From Hydrolagus colliei (lineage: Eukaryota), in assembly GCA_035084275.1 (NCBI GenBank), contig CM068742.1, positions 46,190,001 to 46,254,000 on the forward strand: a stretch of 64,000 nt of DNA, written 5' to 3'. The position numbers were made by a program, and so were the translations under genes. The notes beneath the pieces are model-generated. The model ran no database searches, was not told the DNA's origin, and saw only the letters and a program-made list of their open reading frames with translations. Shown piece after piece: positions 1 through 14,458 of this stretch. The stretch's first letter is position 1. Every line of letters begins with the position of its first letter.

Positions 1-788
1 AAGTGTCAAAGGACATATAAAACAGGGCAGGAAGGTCAATAGTGGACTTAACTGTCTTGCCCTGATGTCATATTCAGGGAATGTAAGTAATTCAAATAGC
101 TCTCTGTCCATGGGGTATTCAGTAATAAACATGAAAAGTCCTCTTTGTTCTTCATTTGTTTTTCAAAACAGAGGACTCTCTGTAGTTGCTGCTTGCCCTT
201 AAAATCCAGTAACAAGTAAAATCACATGAAACAACCTTTTGAGCTACATATTTTGTCTCCCTTGAAAAGCAGTTAAAGGAATTTGCTGCTTTTGGTCAAT
301 GGAAAATCAAGAATCAATTTCAAGAATGCTGTTCAAATTAGTATTTTATTGCCAATGCCTATTGTATGTTGGCAGTCTATGCAGAATAAACCATTTCCTT
401 TTCTAGCTGCAGCCTCAGAAAGTAGGCTTGTTCAGTTTCTGGCAGGTCATATGTCACTCTCCAATCTAAATTTTTTTGACTGAGATAGAAAATTGAGCTT
501 TTTCCTGTATCACCCTGGATTCTTCAAACTGAAGTGGGATCTAAAGTTCAACATATGATATGTGAAAGGATGATAATCACATTACCAAAAACTAGCCATA
601 GGTGTGTATTGTGAAGAGCTTTGAGATGGCTTCTGGTGTGAAAGGTGTTATATAAATGTAATTTTTTTGTTGTAGATATTTAATCCAAATTTGATTTGGA
701 CAGTGGCAGTAATTTTAGTAAGAGACAGCGGGGCTGCAAGTGACTCAAATTAGAGCTAGGCCATTTAGGAAAACTTTTTTAATGTACA

Positions 789-906
789 GGTATCAAGGGA
801 TATGGAGCAAAGCTGGGGTAATTGAGGTACAGAACAGCCATGATCTAAAAGAATGATGGATCAGGCTTGAGGAGCTGAATGAGGCCTTCTCCTGATCCTA
901 TGTTCA
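789..906 (+). mobile_element. CR1-type LINE 3' end fragment
   Basis: aagggatatgg...ccatgatct...gaatg...ggcttgagg...gaatg..gcct.ctcctg.tccta; same block recurs at 51150-51283. Confidence 0.6.
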
Positions 907-3900
907 TAAGGTGCTGAGTGTTGCAAAACACAGCAAATTGAAATCAGGAAAAGGCTATTCAGCCCACCAAAGCTACGTTACCACAGACAATTAACTGGCC
1001 CAAATATTTTTCTAATCCCATTTTTCCATCATTGCTTTAATATTTTTTCCTGCCATTTGTTCACTTCCATTTACTTTAGTACTTTACTGTACTTTACTAT
1101 TACACTGAGCCATTAACACCCAGCACCTGAAAAATAAAGTAAAACTAGTGGAGCTGTAATAGCCAATAGAGAGGACACTTATATTTGATTTGTCTGGGCT
1201 AGACTCAGACACAACCCCAGGGGCCAAAAAACAGTGCACCACCCACTTAGTATTTTAATTTGGGGGCATTTTGGTGGCAATTTATTAATATATGCACCTT
1301 TTCTTGTACAAGGAAGACCCTTATTTTTTCCAATCTCTATACAAAATACAGGTTATGTGCTGTGTAGTCGGTAAACCTCGACCATCTTAACTTGTGGTCA
1401 GTCAATGGTAACGCCCCATAAGTTAATGGTGCCTCAGGCCATAGTGGTTAGAGTGCACTGACCTCTGACAGCCTTTAAATACCATCTCATTTTGGTTTTC
1501 ACAATACACTGTTCAGGCCCCAAGTCATATTTTGGGATGAAAACAGCACAAATGCTCTTTGTATAAATTACTATGTATAAAAGAATATTGTGTGCGTGGC
1601 AGGGAGGATACTGTCTTCTCGAGAGTTGTTTTAGCACATGTAAAAATATAGCCATCTCTTTGCTGAAATTAGTAGGAATAATTATATTAGTATAGTAGAC
1701 AGCAGGCAGAGAGATTCAGTGCTGTATTTCATTGAAGAGGTTCAAATGGTAGTTCATATAGTAAAGCTTCAGAACTTTATGAATGGCATTTCAGCCCATA
1801 AATTACATAGGAACTTAGGAATGTACGGACCGGAAAAAAATCATTGCAGTCCATCGGACCAGTCCCAAACTTAAAAAAATATATATTTAAAAAATCCTAT
1901 GCTCTATCTCTCATATCCTTCAAATTATTTATTTGAATAATTTATTATTTAATTATGAATGCTCTTGAATTTGCTGGTACAATCTACCTCCATCACCTAC
2001 CTGGGTGGTCTGTTCTGTGCCGACACTATTCATAAATTGAGCTGCAGACATCAGTTTACCAACCAGGCTATCTTGTTTGAATCATACATTTAAACTAGAT
2101 GTGTTGATTTAGGTTGAAATGTTCTCCCAGTGTTTGGTTTGGCAATGAGTAAGGTGGAGAGAGGGTGAGTTAATAAGTCTTGGATAAAAGGTTACATAAG
2201 TCATTTTAAACATTTAACCTGAAGGTATACAGGAACATGCAAACACGTCATTTCAATAACAAGTCGCTACTTTATTTTATGTGCAGCATGAAATTGCTGA
2301 GTAAAGACAGAGAACTCACAACTCAAGAAAATGCTTGCCTTAGATTTCCATGCGTTTCTAAGTGGCCAAGAACATCCCATATTGTGGTGCTTAAACTAGG
2401 AAGGGTACCGTTTGATCTATCCTAGCTTTTCCAGTATCACTCAGGATGACAATTCAGATGCTACAATCGATCTTAACTTCTTTGGACTATGAAGAGAAAG
2501 ATTTGCCTACGTCCACGTCTGATCACTGTTGAGTGGCTCTTGTATAGCACCAGTGTGCATAAGCACCAGATGAAGAAAGGGTTGATCTTAGGCAAACCAC
2601 CCGCCTGCAGTTATTGTGCAGGTTTGATGCATAAAGAATAGCCACTTGATTGAGGACCAGAGGCATGCAAACATCTGTGGAACTGTATCACCTTCAGGAG
2701 AGGAGAATGAGGGAGAAAATTGGAGGAGAGAAACCATTGCTGGCTCAAGAACAAGTAAATTTGAAAAGATTTCAAGATTTCAATACTCTAGTTTGGGGTT
2801 CACTTTCCTGATTTGAGATATAATCTGAAAGCCACAATTTTATGGCTGTTTATTCTCTCTCGAAGTATACTCATGCTGTGCAATATATTTTAAGCCAAAG
2901 AGAGAGAAATAAATTAGTTAGGAAAATATTTTTCCCAAATCTTGAAATGAGCAAAGCTTGTTTCAATCCCCTTTAATTGAAATGGAGCTGTTTTGCAGCA
3001 TGCATTTTTGCAGACAGATATATTTCTAACATTGGCTTATGACCTCAAGCAATGTGGCCAGTGAGTAGAGTAAGAGGGATTGACAGCATTTAAAGGGATC
3101 AGGACAAGTTAAGTGACTGAACTAAGAAATGACAAACAAATTGTACTGTGAGATTTCTTTTTGCGTGAAACATGGCACAATGGATGGGAAAAAGGGATTT
3201 GGGTGTTATTGGTGTTGTAACTGTGGCAATAAAATGCTCAAAGCATTCGCAAATCTTGTATCCTGCTAGTAAACGAATATGTGTTGCATGAACCATCAGG
3301 AACTTTGCTCTGACACATCCAGAAATAGATTTCGCTGAAGCAGAGTTCCCATGAGTTAGTGATACACATTCGGTTAAGGCAAAATTTAAGATTTATGACT
3401 CATGTTACAAACGCCAAGCTTCCAATCCCTCTGTTAAACATTTATTGGATATTTGCAATCAACTTAAAGCTGTTAGTGATAAACATGATAATCAAATACA
3501 GTACTAAGATGAATCCAATGGCAATTTCATTTTATGACAAAATAAGTTATAATTTCTTAACATTCTAAAGCTTATTTGGAATATTGTGTGCCATTTGGGA
3601 CAACCAGCCTACAAGAAGATTTAGTTGTGGTTAGAAAGGGAAAAGTGAATTGACTGTATCTTTGGTGAGTGAAAAGTGACAGCTAATTACAGCTACCCTA
3701 CGAAACAGTCGTGGATTAAATGTCCAATGTACTATGATAAAAAATAAAATACTTTTTTTATGTTACTATCATGAATAATTGAATATGCAATATTTCTGGG
3801 TAATGTGTGTAAATTAATTTTATATCAGTGATTGTTGATATTAGATGAGAGGTGGAGTGAAACAGACAGACACTTTCAGCATAGTTATTTAAAAGCAATC

Positions 3901-4612
3901 AGCATTTTTTCACTTTTTTAATGCTTGTCTGCTGTTTAGACCTAATCTACCTGTACAGAGGCAGTCAGTGATAAATATGAAAGGCACAGGCAAACGTTCT
4001 TTGACAGATTTGGAAGTGTCAGCTTGGCAGTGCACTTCCAGCACTCCCGAGACATTATCAAAGGCACAATAAAAATGGCAAATTGTTGTTGGTTCATAAC
4101 GCATTTATTCTGAGTAATCATTAGATGATTAAAATAGATATGCAGCTACTCTGACTGATGGGTATTTATAGAACGTTAATATGGTACATTAGTCACTTAT
4201 TTATTTGATTTATTTTTACTTTTCTTCACATTGCTATTGTAGGATTGAAAACCTTGATAATCTATAGGTTGAACATTGATTTGGGCCAAAACTAGAAGTT
4301 AGAGTAGGTTTTTTGTAGCTCTTATAGTGAGAATTCTGAAACTGTAGCAGATTGTGTTGGATGTATACTTCGCCCCCGCTGTACATCATAAAAGTGTCAG
4401 TTACTTGGCTGATAATACAGTTAGTTGAAATCTACGGGAGCCTTTAATTGTCTGCTTCAGTGATGCTTCATTGGCACATAATACAATACATTGTGCTAAA
4501 TTCAAATGGCCCACCTGGGTTTACTGTGGATCAAGAGCATATCTCGAATGGTTCAGTTACGCACTTCTAACCTGAGCAGGCCAAAGAAATAATCGTTTAT
4601 GTGTGGTTGCGG

Positions 4613-4622
4613 CTAAATATAG
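4613..4622 (+). promoter_or_regulatory. Consensus MEF2 binding site next to a RUNX motif
   Basis: CTAAATATAG, with TGTGGTT at 4602-08. Motif only. Confidence 0.35.
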
Positions 4623-6810
4623 CATTAGGATGATGAGAATAATATTGCAAGCCTTGATACAATTTGCCTCTTCTGGGAATGAAAAATATTATAAATAAAA
4701 TGGTGTTCATGCGCAGTAGGTAATCAGCTACCAACACAAATAAGACAAGATAGAAACTGCCATTTTGGATAGGGCTACAGCCATACATGGAGTTCATATT
4801 TATATTAAAATACATCTTTTGTAACTATTGAAATGAACTTTTTGTCTATATTAGTTGGTATATTACAGATAACTATCATACAGACACACATCTCATGATT
4901 TCGAGCCTCGTGTTTGCTAGCCAGCGCTGTTGTAACTGCCCCTTAGTTAATGCATGCTCCAGTAACTGCTTTTGACCTTCCAAGAGTGGCACGGGGTGAC
5001 TCTGCCTACAGCATTTCCTCAGCATGTGCAGGGAACCTGACCTCCATTTCACACCTTCCCAGCATGACATGGCTGATACTAGAAGGTCACAGTGTTGGGA
5101 ACCATAAGATACAAGTCCACGTTGTACACTGTCACACAATACATTGGACAAATCTATTGTATAGTTATGCTTTAGTATGTGGAGTACAATATTCAAATCA
5201 CACTAGATCACAAAAAGAACACAGGATCTGATAAACCACATCAGTAGACATGTATATCTATTCCAGTGATTGAAACTGATTTTTTTCCCCCAAGAAAGAA
5301 AAAGTATATTTGCATCTTATTGTCTTGACCAAATGATCGTCCAGATTAATGGTGAGTAAGATTTAGAAAAATACTTTTTATTCAATGCTTCCCCCCACCC
5401 TCACCATTGCTATCAGATATGTAGTTGTAATTTACGCAGAAGCAAAACAACATTACATTAATTATTTACAAACTTTGGGTCTAGAAAAGGATTAGATAGT
5501 ACGGTAATTCTTTTGCTAGTCAGTAAATGTATGGACCATGGTGATTTGAGTTTATAATTAAATTTACCAATGCCCAGAGAATAAAACACATTTGTTTATT
5601 CACAATCTTGCATTTTAGTAACAAAAAAATCCCTGTTATATTTCCCAGAGGCTTGTTAGCAGAGTTTTTATTTAAATCCTGTCAGTTGCATAACACTTCC
5701 AAACTGTGAAAAATCAACACTTCTGCTGATGGATGTTTTTGGTGAGAAGGGAGAATGGTTCTTTTGTGCTGTGTGCTCACACCCATCCACATAGGGTCCT
5801 TGCAGCTCAAAACAAGAGGATAACTTCACCTCACCAGTTCCAACAGGATCCAAATCTAATATCACTGCACTGTGATATCCAGCCCTTTTTTAGAGGGCGG
5901 GAGCGAGGGAGGAAGTATGGGTATGAAAAGGACAGTGCTTCATCCAATGCCCATGTGATATACACAAAGTTTGCTTTTGTTGCATTCCTATTGCTTATAT
6001 TTGCTTTGTTTTATTTGATTCCTTGCATGTGCTATCTTATGTTCCATCTGTTAGCTCTCTGCTTTGATTCTTAGCCTGTGCTATCTTCTTGATCCTTAAC
6101 AATATATGTGAATGTTTTGGATGTTGGGGGTGTGCAAGGTGGGGTTTGGTGTGGGGGAAGAGTGGAGAATAGTATAAATAAATAATCCTTGCATTAGCAT
6201 TGCTTTTAGACCCTTTCGTGTCAGGAGGATGTCTCAAACCGCTTCAAAGAAGTTACTATTAAGTGCAGTGAATGTGTATTTTGTAGCTGAATGACACAAA
6301 ACAGATAGAAACAAAGCAAAAGAAAGTTAAGAGAAAATGATGGTTGGTGAAAGGTTAGCAGAAAAGAGTATAAATAGGAACATGTTAAATAATACAAGAA
6401 AATATATTAGGATACAAAACGAGACAACAACCTGAATTTATGTAGCACAAATGCATCTAATCATTCCTCATAGTTCATCAGTCTTAACCTTGGGGATCAG
6501 TCTTGTTTCTTGCCTTCGTTCAACCTCTCGGGTTTGGTTAGTCCCCTTATGTCCTGTAGAGCTCAGCGTGACTATTTGAACAACATCAAGTTGCATTTAT
6601 ATAGTGCCTTTGTGTTTTGTGATCTGAGATGAGCATCTCAAATCACAAAACACAAAGCATATTTATTTTGGAAGCCGTGAAAGATTTACAAAGAACATAT
6701 AGCACAAATGGGTCACTTGGTTCAACTAGTGCATGCTATTGTTTATGTTTCACATGAGTGGAACCCACTCCTTACTCCCTCTCATATCCTTCTTTTCCCC
6801 TCTCCCTCAT

Positions 6811-6960
6811 AATAATAATTAAGAAAATAATAAACCTTGCATTTGATATACTGCTTTTCATGTCTTCTAGCCGTCTCAAAGTGCTTCACAGAATATACAG
6901 TAAAGTGAATTGACTATATTTGTAGGCGAAACGCGGCAGCCAATTGCGCACAGCAATCCA
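6811..6960 (-). mobile_element. 5'-truncated SINE (3' body and (TAT)n tail)
   Basis: Matches the 3' part of the full-length copy at 14459-14783. Similar fragments near 24525-24705, 26172-26245, 36655-36740, 40360-40473, 53950-54045, 58507-58590. Confidence 0.8.
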
Positions 6961-8639
6961 CATGAATGCATCCATATACTCTGATTCAACCAACTCTCAG
7001 GCATCAAGGTCCACAATCTTACTCTCATGTGCGTGAAATAGTTCCTCCTGATAGTATTAGATCCGTGGCTCGGTATCTTATACTTGTGTCGACGTGTAGT
7101 TATACCAACCATGGGACTGATCTCAGAGATTTATAGAATAGAATAGAAACCGTGGACTCAGTGGCAGAGCTAGGTTTTGCAACCAGTAGAGGGGGACAGT
7201 GGTGGATTGGATATTTGGAAAATGGGGAAAACATAGGTAATGCCATTGCTCTATCTGACCATTCAGCAGGAATCAATTGCAAATGACAGGAACGTAGCTA
7301 GACATATAGTCAGCAATTATTCTGCGTAAAGATTCCAGATGCTATAACAAAAATTCAAAGCTTAGATATTTAAAATGGCAGATTGAGGTATACATGTTAA
7401 TGCTATCACTAATCTTTCAATTGCAATAAATTTCTTTAGCAATTGGAACACGGGACAGAAATTCATGAGAGGACCATCAAAATGCATTTGCCAGTCACCC
7501 TCAGCAGGATAATCAAGCACCACATCCACATATCTATTTAATTTAAAAGAATTAAAAAAAAACTTTCATAGCAATGAGAAGTGCTTCCCTTGATATGTAC
7601 AATATAATTATAGTGCATTTGTTCAGTTTTAGGAGACTTGACTTCTGTTAACATTTGCAGAGGTCCTGTGATACAGTGAGGGAGTTCGAGGTTTGCATGT
7701 CAGAATTTTAGAAGATTTATTTAATTTAATGCAAGACTTAGGAAAGATTACAGGACATTGAAAGACAATATTAGGATTAAAATGGTACATAGAACTAATC
7801 TTGAGTATGAAATGACTGGATTATGCATTATATGCATCCCAAGCGCTGTGAGACGCTACCCTGCGTGGAGGGAGCTAAATAAATGCAAGTTATTATTGTT
7901 ATATTCAATTGTACTAACCTGAAAAGGTCCTGGCTTTTATAAAATGCAGCAATTAAAGTCATGATTGGTCATAGACTACTTTTGTCTCAGCAAAGTACAA
8001 ATATGTTTACTTTTAACTGGGCTTACATTAATAACACCTAAATTGGTTCAGCACTTAATCCAAACAAATGTTCTGTCGATTAATGATGGATTTAGGGATT
8101 GCAGGTGCCAGGAACAAATAAGCCAACAAGATTCCATCAACAGTTATGAGATGAATTCTTAATTAAAGTGGAAAGATAGTTGGCCAGGACACTGCAATTT
8201 TTGAAATGATATGTGCCCTCTTCAAAGTCCACTTAAACTGCCAGACAGGATATCAGTTGAACCTCTCATCTAAATTGTGACACCTCTAACAATGCAGCCC
8301 AGTATTGCACTGGAGTATGAAGATGGACTATATGCTAAAGGTGAAATCCCCAACTTTGCAGACACAGTCACAGATAAATACAATACAATTTACACTTATA
8401 TAATACTGGGCTTTCCTGTCAGGAAGATGTCCCAAAGCACTTGACAATTCTGACTGGGAACCAACGCTAATGCGGATATAAAGAGATACAACTGGACAGA
8501 AAGATTCTGTACTTCTGAATAAGTGCTACCACAGTAGTGTTGTAATACGTAGAATGGTTTCAGTGAAACAGTACAGGTGTACAGCCTCTGTGGGCTTGCC
8601 TCAAACAACCTCACTGACCTTCTGCAATCATGCTGCAGT

Positions 8640-8893
8640 ACTACATACACTCCCTCCGCTCAGAAAGTACTGGCCTGCTTCACATTCACCGCTAGCTCCA
8701 TTCCAACATGGGAGGGGGTACCTTTGGACAGTTTGCCTCTGTTCTCCAGAACACCTTCCCAGAATTCCTCTGCGTTGCCCCTCCCTCCTTGACTTCAAAA
8801 TATGTCTTAAGACAAGTCTCTTCGATTTTCAGAGCCTTAGGACGTCCTTCCGATGTGAAAGGCGCTCTATAAATGTGATGAATTTTGTTGTTC
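8640..8893 (+). mobile_element. L2 LINE 3' fragment
   Basis: Degenerate match to the 3' end of the L2 at 41760-43804, ending gtgaaaggcgctctataaatgt...ttgttg. Confidence 0.65.
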
Positions 8894-11800
8894 TACCACA
8901 CTTACAGCCAATTTCCTTACCTCCCCACCCCAGCTGGGGCTCCCTTTTAGCTCTGTGAAGTGCTTTGAGACAACCTCCCAACATGAAAGGCGCTATATAT
9001 TTGTATATTGTCACTGTCATTTGTTTGTATGCTGGTTATTTCTGTATAATTGACTTGAAGAAGTCAATCGGAACCAGAAAAAGCTCCTTGACTTCTTGAG
9101 GAAGTCAAAATCAGCTAGAGCTACCGAAAGAAGGGTCTTATTATAGTGTCAGTTTGGGATTTTTTTTAATTGAAGGGTGAGATGTTGCAATTCAACAACA
9201 ATTTTACAACCAAGTGTTCTGGGCACTACCCTGAGTGAGGAACACTTTATAAATATGCAAGTTGTTGTTTTACATTTATATAGCTCCTTTCATGTTGGGA
9301 GAATTAATCTAGGGAGAGCTAAGAGTGGAAGGAGCTAAGGGGTGGGGGATAAAGGTGGACAAAAGTTAGATTTTCAAGCGGGCTTCAAAGATGGCAAGGG
9401 AGGGGGTGAGTTGGAGATGAGCAAGGATGGGGATGATAGGCTCACAGAGACCATTGTGGGAGAGGCCACAAGCTGTGGAGTCCTGAATGGTTAAAGTGCA
9501 AGACTGATGTTTCCATTATTATTATTATACAACACTGCAGTTATAGCAGCAACAGAGATTTGACCTTCTGCCTCTACCCAAGATAGAGCGTGTCATTTCC
9601 ATAGACAGTGGGGGGGGGGGGGGGGGAATCCGTCTGCTCAATGGTTATGCCTTCAATTAAGACAACAAGGTTTGAGTGATAGGCATCGGCTAATCCAAAC
9701 ACACACCCTACTGGTTAGGAGTGAGGCAATTAACCACTTGAGCTACCAGACCCTCTATAAAATGGAGTTTTTGTTAATTCCAAGACAATCTGGAATGATT
9801 TTGCAGCAAGACAACAAAGAACAGCTAAAATTCTGTTTTTATTGAACTGTTCTGTTTTCATAACCTCATGACTTTCTCCTCATTGTAGCCTGTTTTGACT
9901 ATTTGCTCTTGTGGTAAGTACCATTTCTGGCTGTCAAGGAGGCACATGCCCACTCTTGAGAGTGCTATTGTGTTTCTGGCTGTCAGTATGGGTACACGAT
10001 TGCTATATGGGAGGAACCTTTCACACCCTATGGTAAAATGCCTGGAATCTGCTGTCACCTCGTTATAGTGGCATCTGAGCATCAAAACCTCATTGTGTGG
10101 GGAAAGGCAGCTCCAGAAACCACATCCTCCCACGCTAGGGCACAGCCAGACTTAGTTCTCTCGCAACTTGGAACTTTTGCTGCTCGCTTTCTGGGACTAA
10201 GCACAATTTAGTTAGTGGTTAGCCGTTCAGATCACTGCATGTTCACAACATGTTTATTACATCAATCTGTTCTTTATTTTATTGATGTTCTACCCTCATG
10301 CAAACTTAACCCAACCCTTCAGTCGCAGACAGAGTAGGGTACACTTTCTCAGCACAATAAAGCACTTGCATTGTTCTATCATTATGCCAGTTCTCTGTAA
10401 ACCACACCTATGGATGTTGTTGGCTCCAGGGCTATTTTTACGACTATGGTGTAAAAGGCCTTTGTATGTAGCTCTCCAGCTTTTAATAAACTAGGATTTA
10501 TAAAAGGCAACAAGAATTAACAGACAGTGAATACAGTACTAACCAATCATTCGGAGAAAGCAAAAAGTGATAACTTCAGTATTCCCTTTGTACAAACAAA
10601 ACTGAGTTTAAAAGGAAACCTTTTAACACTTAAATATTTGCAATGTTTGTTGGCAGTAGTTTCCCGATGTTGTTCATCCAGTCTTAAATTCACAAGTTGC
10701 ATAATTTCCTCCATATAAACCGCAAATTTGTTTTAACCACACCCTTTGGTCCTTGATTAACATTTTAGATATTAAAATGCCTTTAATAAATGTAAACTTC
10801 AAGCACACCAATTTATACTTAAGTGAATTTAATGCTTATAATTTAGGAAACATATGAACATAAACACTGTGCTTGAGTTGTAATGAATATTACTACTCTG
10901 TACTTTTCTGAAACTGTGTATTTTAATTAGTAGCCCATTGAACTACACAATGACTAACATCTGTGATCTGTGAGGAGACAAGCTGCCTGAGATCATGAGT
11001 CAACGTTTGGAACTAAATGGATTAGATATTACACTTAAACCTTTTTTCTTCTCCTTGCATAAGTCCTTCCTTACACATTCACTATAACTTTAAAACTCAC
11101 AAATTTCACCTAACACTTAATGTTGGGGGCCTTGATAAAGTTGAACACTGGCATGTTCAGCGTTACATTCATAATGGAACACATTATGCCCTTCTTTATG
11201 CACGCCTTGTGCATTCTGCCTCTGCAGCTGTAAGAAAATGTTGGCGAACAACACTCGAGTTTCATCTTTACTCATCTATTGTGACTACCAAAGACATTGT
11301 TTATAGCGAGTTGAGTCAATAGGTTGCTTTTGCTGATGAATGAACTCACACTGAGGTTTATTCTCAGTAGTTTCCTGATTTCACATCAGTCTTTCACATT
11401 TGCAGCATGTGCACAAACCACATTTTCCTGCACAAATTTTTTTTCACTGTCATGCAGCTCCCTGCCACCCCACACTTAACTACTTTTAACCAATGGATGT
11501 GGATTTATTTTTCACAACAAGCTTTAACTAAATGAGATTAATAGTGAAAGAAATTGAGGCTTGGTTTCTATAAAGCAAATATTCAGTATTAAAGTAAAGA
11601 AAATATAACTACAGGGCCTGCAAAATCTAAATTTATATAAAAAGCATGTATAATTTTTCTTCTTTTTAGTGGTTGATTGATTCTAGGAGTGAATTCTGAG
11701 TGTGTGACGAATTGTAATTTTATGATACAGTATCATTCTAAACTACCTGATGGGGAAAGTTTTAATCCGTGCATTAAAAGCTTTGGAAAGGACTCTGTTC

Positions 11801-12439
11801 CTCGAGGTAACTGAGACATTCTGTTTTAGCCAATTATCTGGAGGAGGGACGCTTACCCTCAAAGAAGGCCACAGTATTCTGAGTAAGAAGGATGCGGTTT
11901 ACAGAGTGGGTTGTATGCAAAAAAAAATCCTCCTTTGCAATCAACCACATACATGTATTTTTCATTGATTTAAAAAAATATGATGGGTTACTGCATAATT
12001 GGTTAGAATCCACAACTATATTTTCTGAATGCCTTTTATGAATGTCACTAATCTAGGAAGGCTGGATAATCATGAACAAATGCTTATTTGCCAGTCTCTA
12101 AAAGCTACACGTATAATATGGGGAGAGACTTTCAACAATGAGCAACATACAGAACCATGCAGAAACTACCCTATTGTGGAGGCTATTCAGGTCATGGATG
12201 CTCCTTTTTTGCCAAGGATAATAAAGCAAACTCTATGGAGTATTCATCCATTTCCACTGTTCCATCCTGTACTCTTCCTCTACAGACACACTAATATGCC
12301 TTCCAGCTCCACCCCCATCACCTCACACAAAATAAAATGAATATTGTACTTATTTGTTAACTTCAGTCTACAGGCAAGTATTTATCGAATTATTATTTTG
12401 AAGAAGTTCATTGGCAGAATATCAACTATTTGGATTATA

Positions 12440-12900
12440 CAGGTACCCCACCCCAACCACGGTCTTTTCAACCGTGAATTTCACGTATCCACGGTTTCCT
12501 CTCTGCGACAACCTTTGCCAACCGCAGCAGTGAATTTTGCATATCGATGGGTTTTAACATTAACACTAGCGTTTGGCGCTAGGACCCAGTTGCATCAACC
12601 AGCCACGATGTCACTTCGCGCTAGCGTTTGGCGCTAGGACCCAGTTGCGATGTCGCAATCAACCAGCCACGATGTTGCTTCTCTTTTAGGATTAAGGTAA
12701 ATAACATAAATTTATTGTTTTTTATATTTTTATTGTGTTATTTGAACATTTATTGTTTTTGTTAGGTTATTGTGTATTTTTTATGTGTTTAGTAAAAGGA
12801 CAAGCAACTTACTCCCCCTAAGCCCATGTTTTACATAAGGCCTTGTATTTGCTAACCACAGTTTTACTAACCACGGGGGTTTTCAGGAACGTATCTCCCA
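12440..12900. mobile_element. Tigger/Tc1-mariner-like non-autonomous DNA element, right end apparently lost
   Basis: Starts TA|CAGGTACCCC; subterminal repeats aaccacgg/aaccgtg/atccacgg recur at 12850-12880; CpG-rich; internal tandem duplication of ctagcgtttggcgctaggacccagttgc. Confidence 0.6.
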
Positions 12901-12995
12901 TATTTACAGCATACTTACAACCATAAGAAAAACAATTCCAATCTCCAAAATGTACTCAACTTGAATTTATATTGTATGGTTGTCTGAGTATCGAC

Positions 12996-13380
12996 ACAGC
13001 TCAGCTAGTAGCAAGAACTATTGCAACTGAGTCAGGAGGCTGTGGATTTTGTGCCATCCTTCAAATGAGATGTTAAACTGAATCTGCCTGTTCAAATAAA
13101 CATTAAAGATTGCACAACATTTTTTCAAAAAGAAAACAGTGTTTCTTCTGGTGATCTAGACAACAATTCCCCAGATAAATGTTTTCATTTGCGGAATATT
13201 GCTGTGTGCAACATTCATGCTGCCATGTTCACCTATAAATACACAGTATTTGTGTATGAAGGATAAATTTAACTCACTCACCGTATTGCCATAATACACA
13301 TTACGGTATGTTCTGTGAAGTGCTTTGAAACACCCTCCTGATGTGAAAAGTGACGTACCAAATATAAGAATTATTATTAT
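12996..13380 (+). mobile_element. Degenerate Deu-domain tRNA-SINE
   Basis: Colinear with the copy at 19049-19480: tRNA-like head, gagatgttaaac...cctgttca...attaaagat core, TAT tail. Confidence 0.6.
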
Positions 13381-13399
13381 TTACAGAATCAATACAGTT

Positions 13400-14060
13400 T
13401 AAAGATCTGGATCATGTCCCCAATTAAGCTTGTCTTCATCAATGAATGAGGGTTGTGCACATGTTTGCTGTTTCTTTTTTCCAACACACATCACTTTGTA
13501 TTCATCTAGATTAAAATCTATCTACCACTGTGGAGCCAGTCTACTCAATGTTCCAGATCTTGCTTGGTATCAATGGAAAGTTTTAAATATATTATAAAAA
13601 AAGTATTTTCCTACAAATAATTTCTGAATAGAGAACACAGAATAGAACTCGTCTGTGGCCCTTATAGAGAGCATTATCCATTTATCATCACCTTTTGCTT
13701 GCCATTGCTGAACCAATTTTTGATTGAGGTAACTAATACACCACTATTTCTTTGATCTTTAACCTTGCTTAAACATCTTTCATGCCTAACTTTATCGTAT
13801 GCCTTTTGAAGATCAAGCAAATCACACGCACTTGGCACTGCTCATCCACACATTTAATTATTTCCTCGAATGATTCAGATTTGTGAAAAATGACCCATTG
13901 CTGTAACGACAATGCAAAATCCTGGTGTGTGATTTCCATATTTTTCTCTACTTCTTGAACAATTAGTAATATTTGCTGTGCTCCATGCTTCAGGTAGAGC
14001 TCAGTGTTTACAGAGCTTCTAAAATTATTCAGCAGAGCCTCAGCTATTCCATTAAGCACT
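13400..14060 (-). mobile_element. Old CR1 LINE reverse-transcriptase fragment (frameshifted)
   Basis: Minus strand reads FEEIIKCVDEQCQVRVICL, then across a frameshift QKAYDKVRHER, then WFSNGKQKVMING, matching the CR1 RT pattern VDVIYLDFQKAFDKVPH...WL..RKQRV.ING. Confidence 0.75.
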
Positions 14061-14458
14061 CTTCAATGCATTCATTTTCATGTACAAATAAAAAAATGAT
14101 TGGATGATTGGATAGCTGTTGGATATAGAAATATCAATGTCTGTGGGTGTGAGGAGGTGGTGGGTGGGAGGGGGGTGGGGGGGGGGGATTGAAGCAAAAC
14201 ATTTCAAAGTTTTGTTTTATTGGTTATAATTCATCTTTAGCAAAAATATAACCTTGTAATATTAATGTCACTTCAACTACACCTTGCCAGTCACCTGTGT
14301 GAAGGATGAAAATTTCACATATGAAGCTGATATACCAGATGAGTGTAATGCAAAAAAGTTACTGAATACACCTATTGCATGTTGCAATTAGGCACGTTTG
14401 TTACTAAACCACCAATGAGTACCGATTCCCTAGGAATTGCTTACCCCAATCACACATT

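Noticed and set aside
4950-5231. ORF containing SACAGNLTS, vaguely like a MEF2C exon
   Set aside because: Similarity is minimal and no phase-compatible splice pair is evident.
9609-9627. Poly-G/poly-C runs (also ~14170, 55735, 56344, 59810, 62383)
   Set aside because: Simple homopolymers of uncertain assembled length with no independent sign of function.
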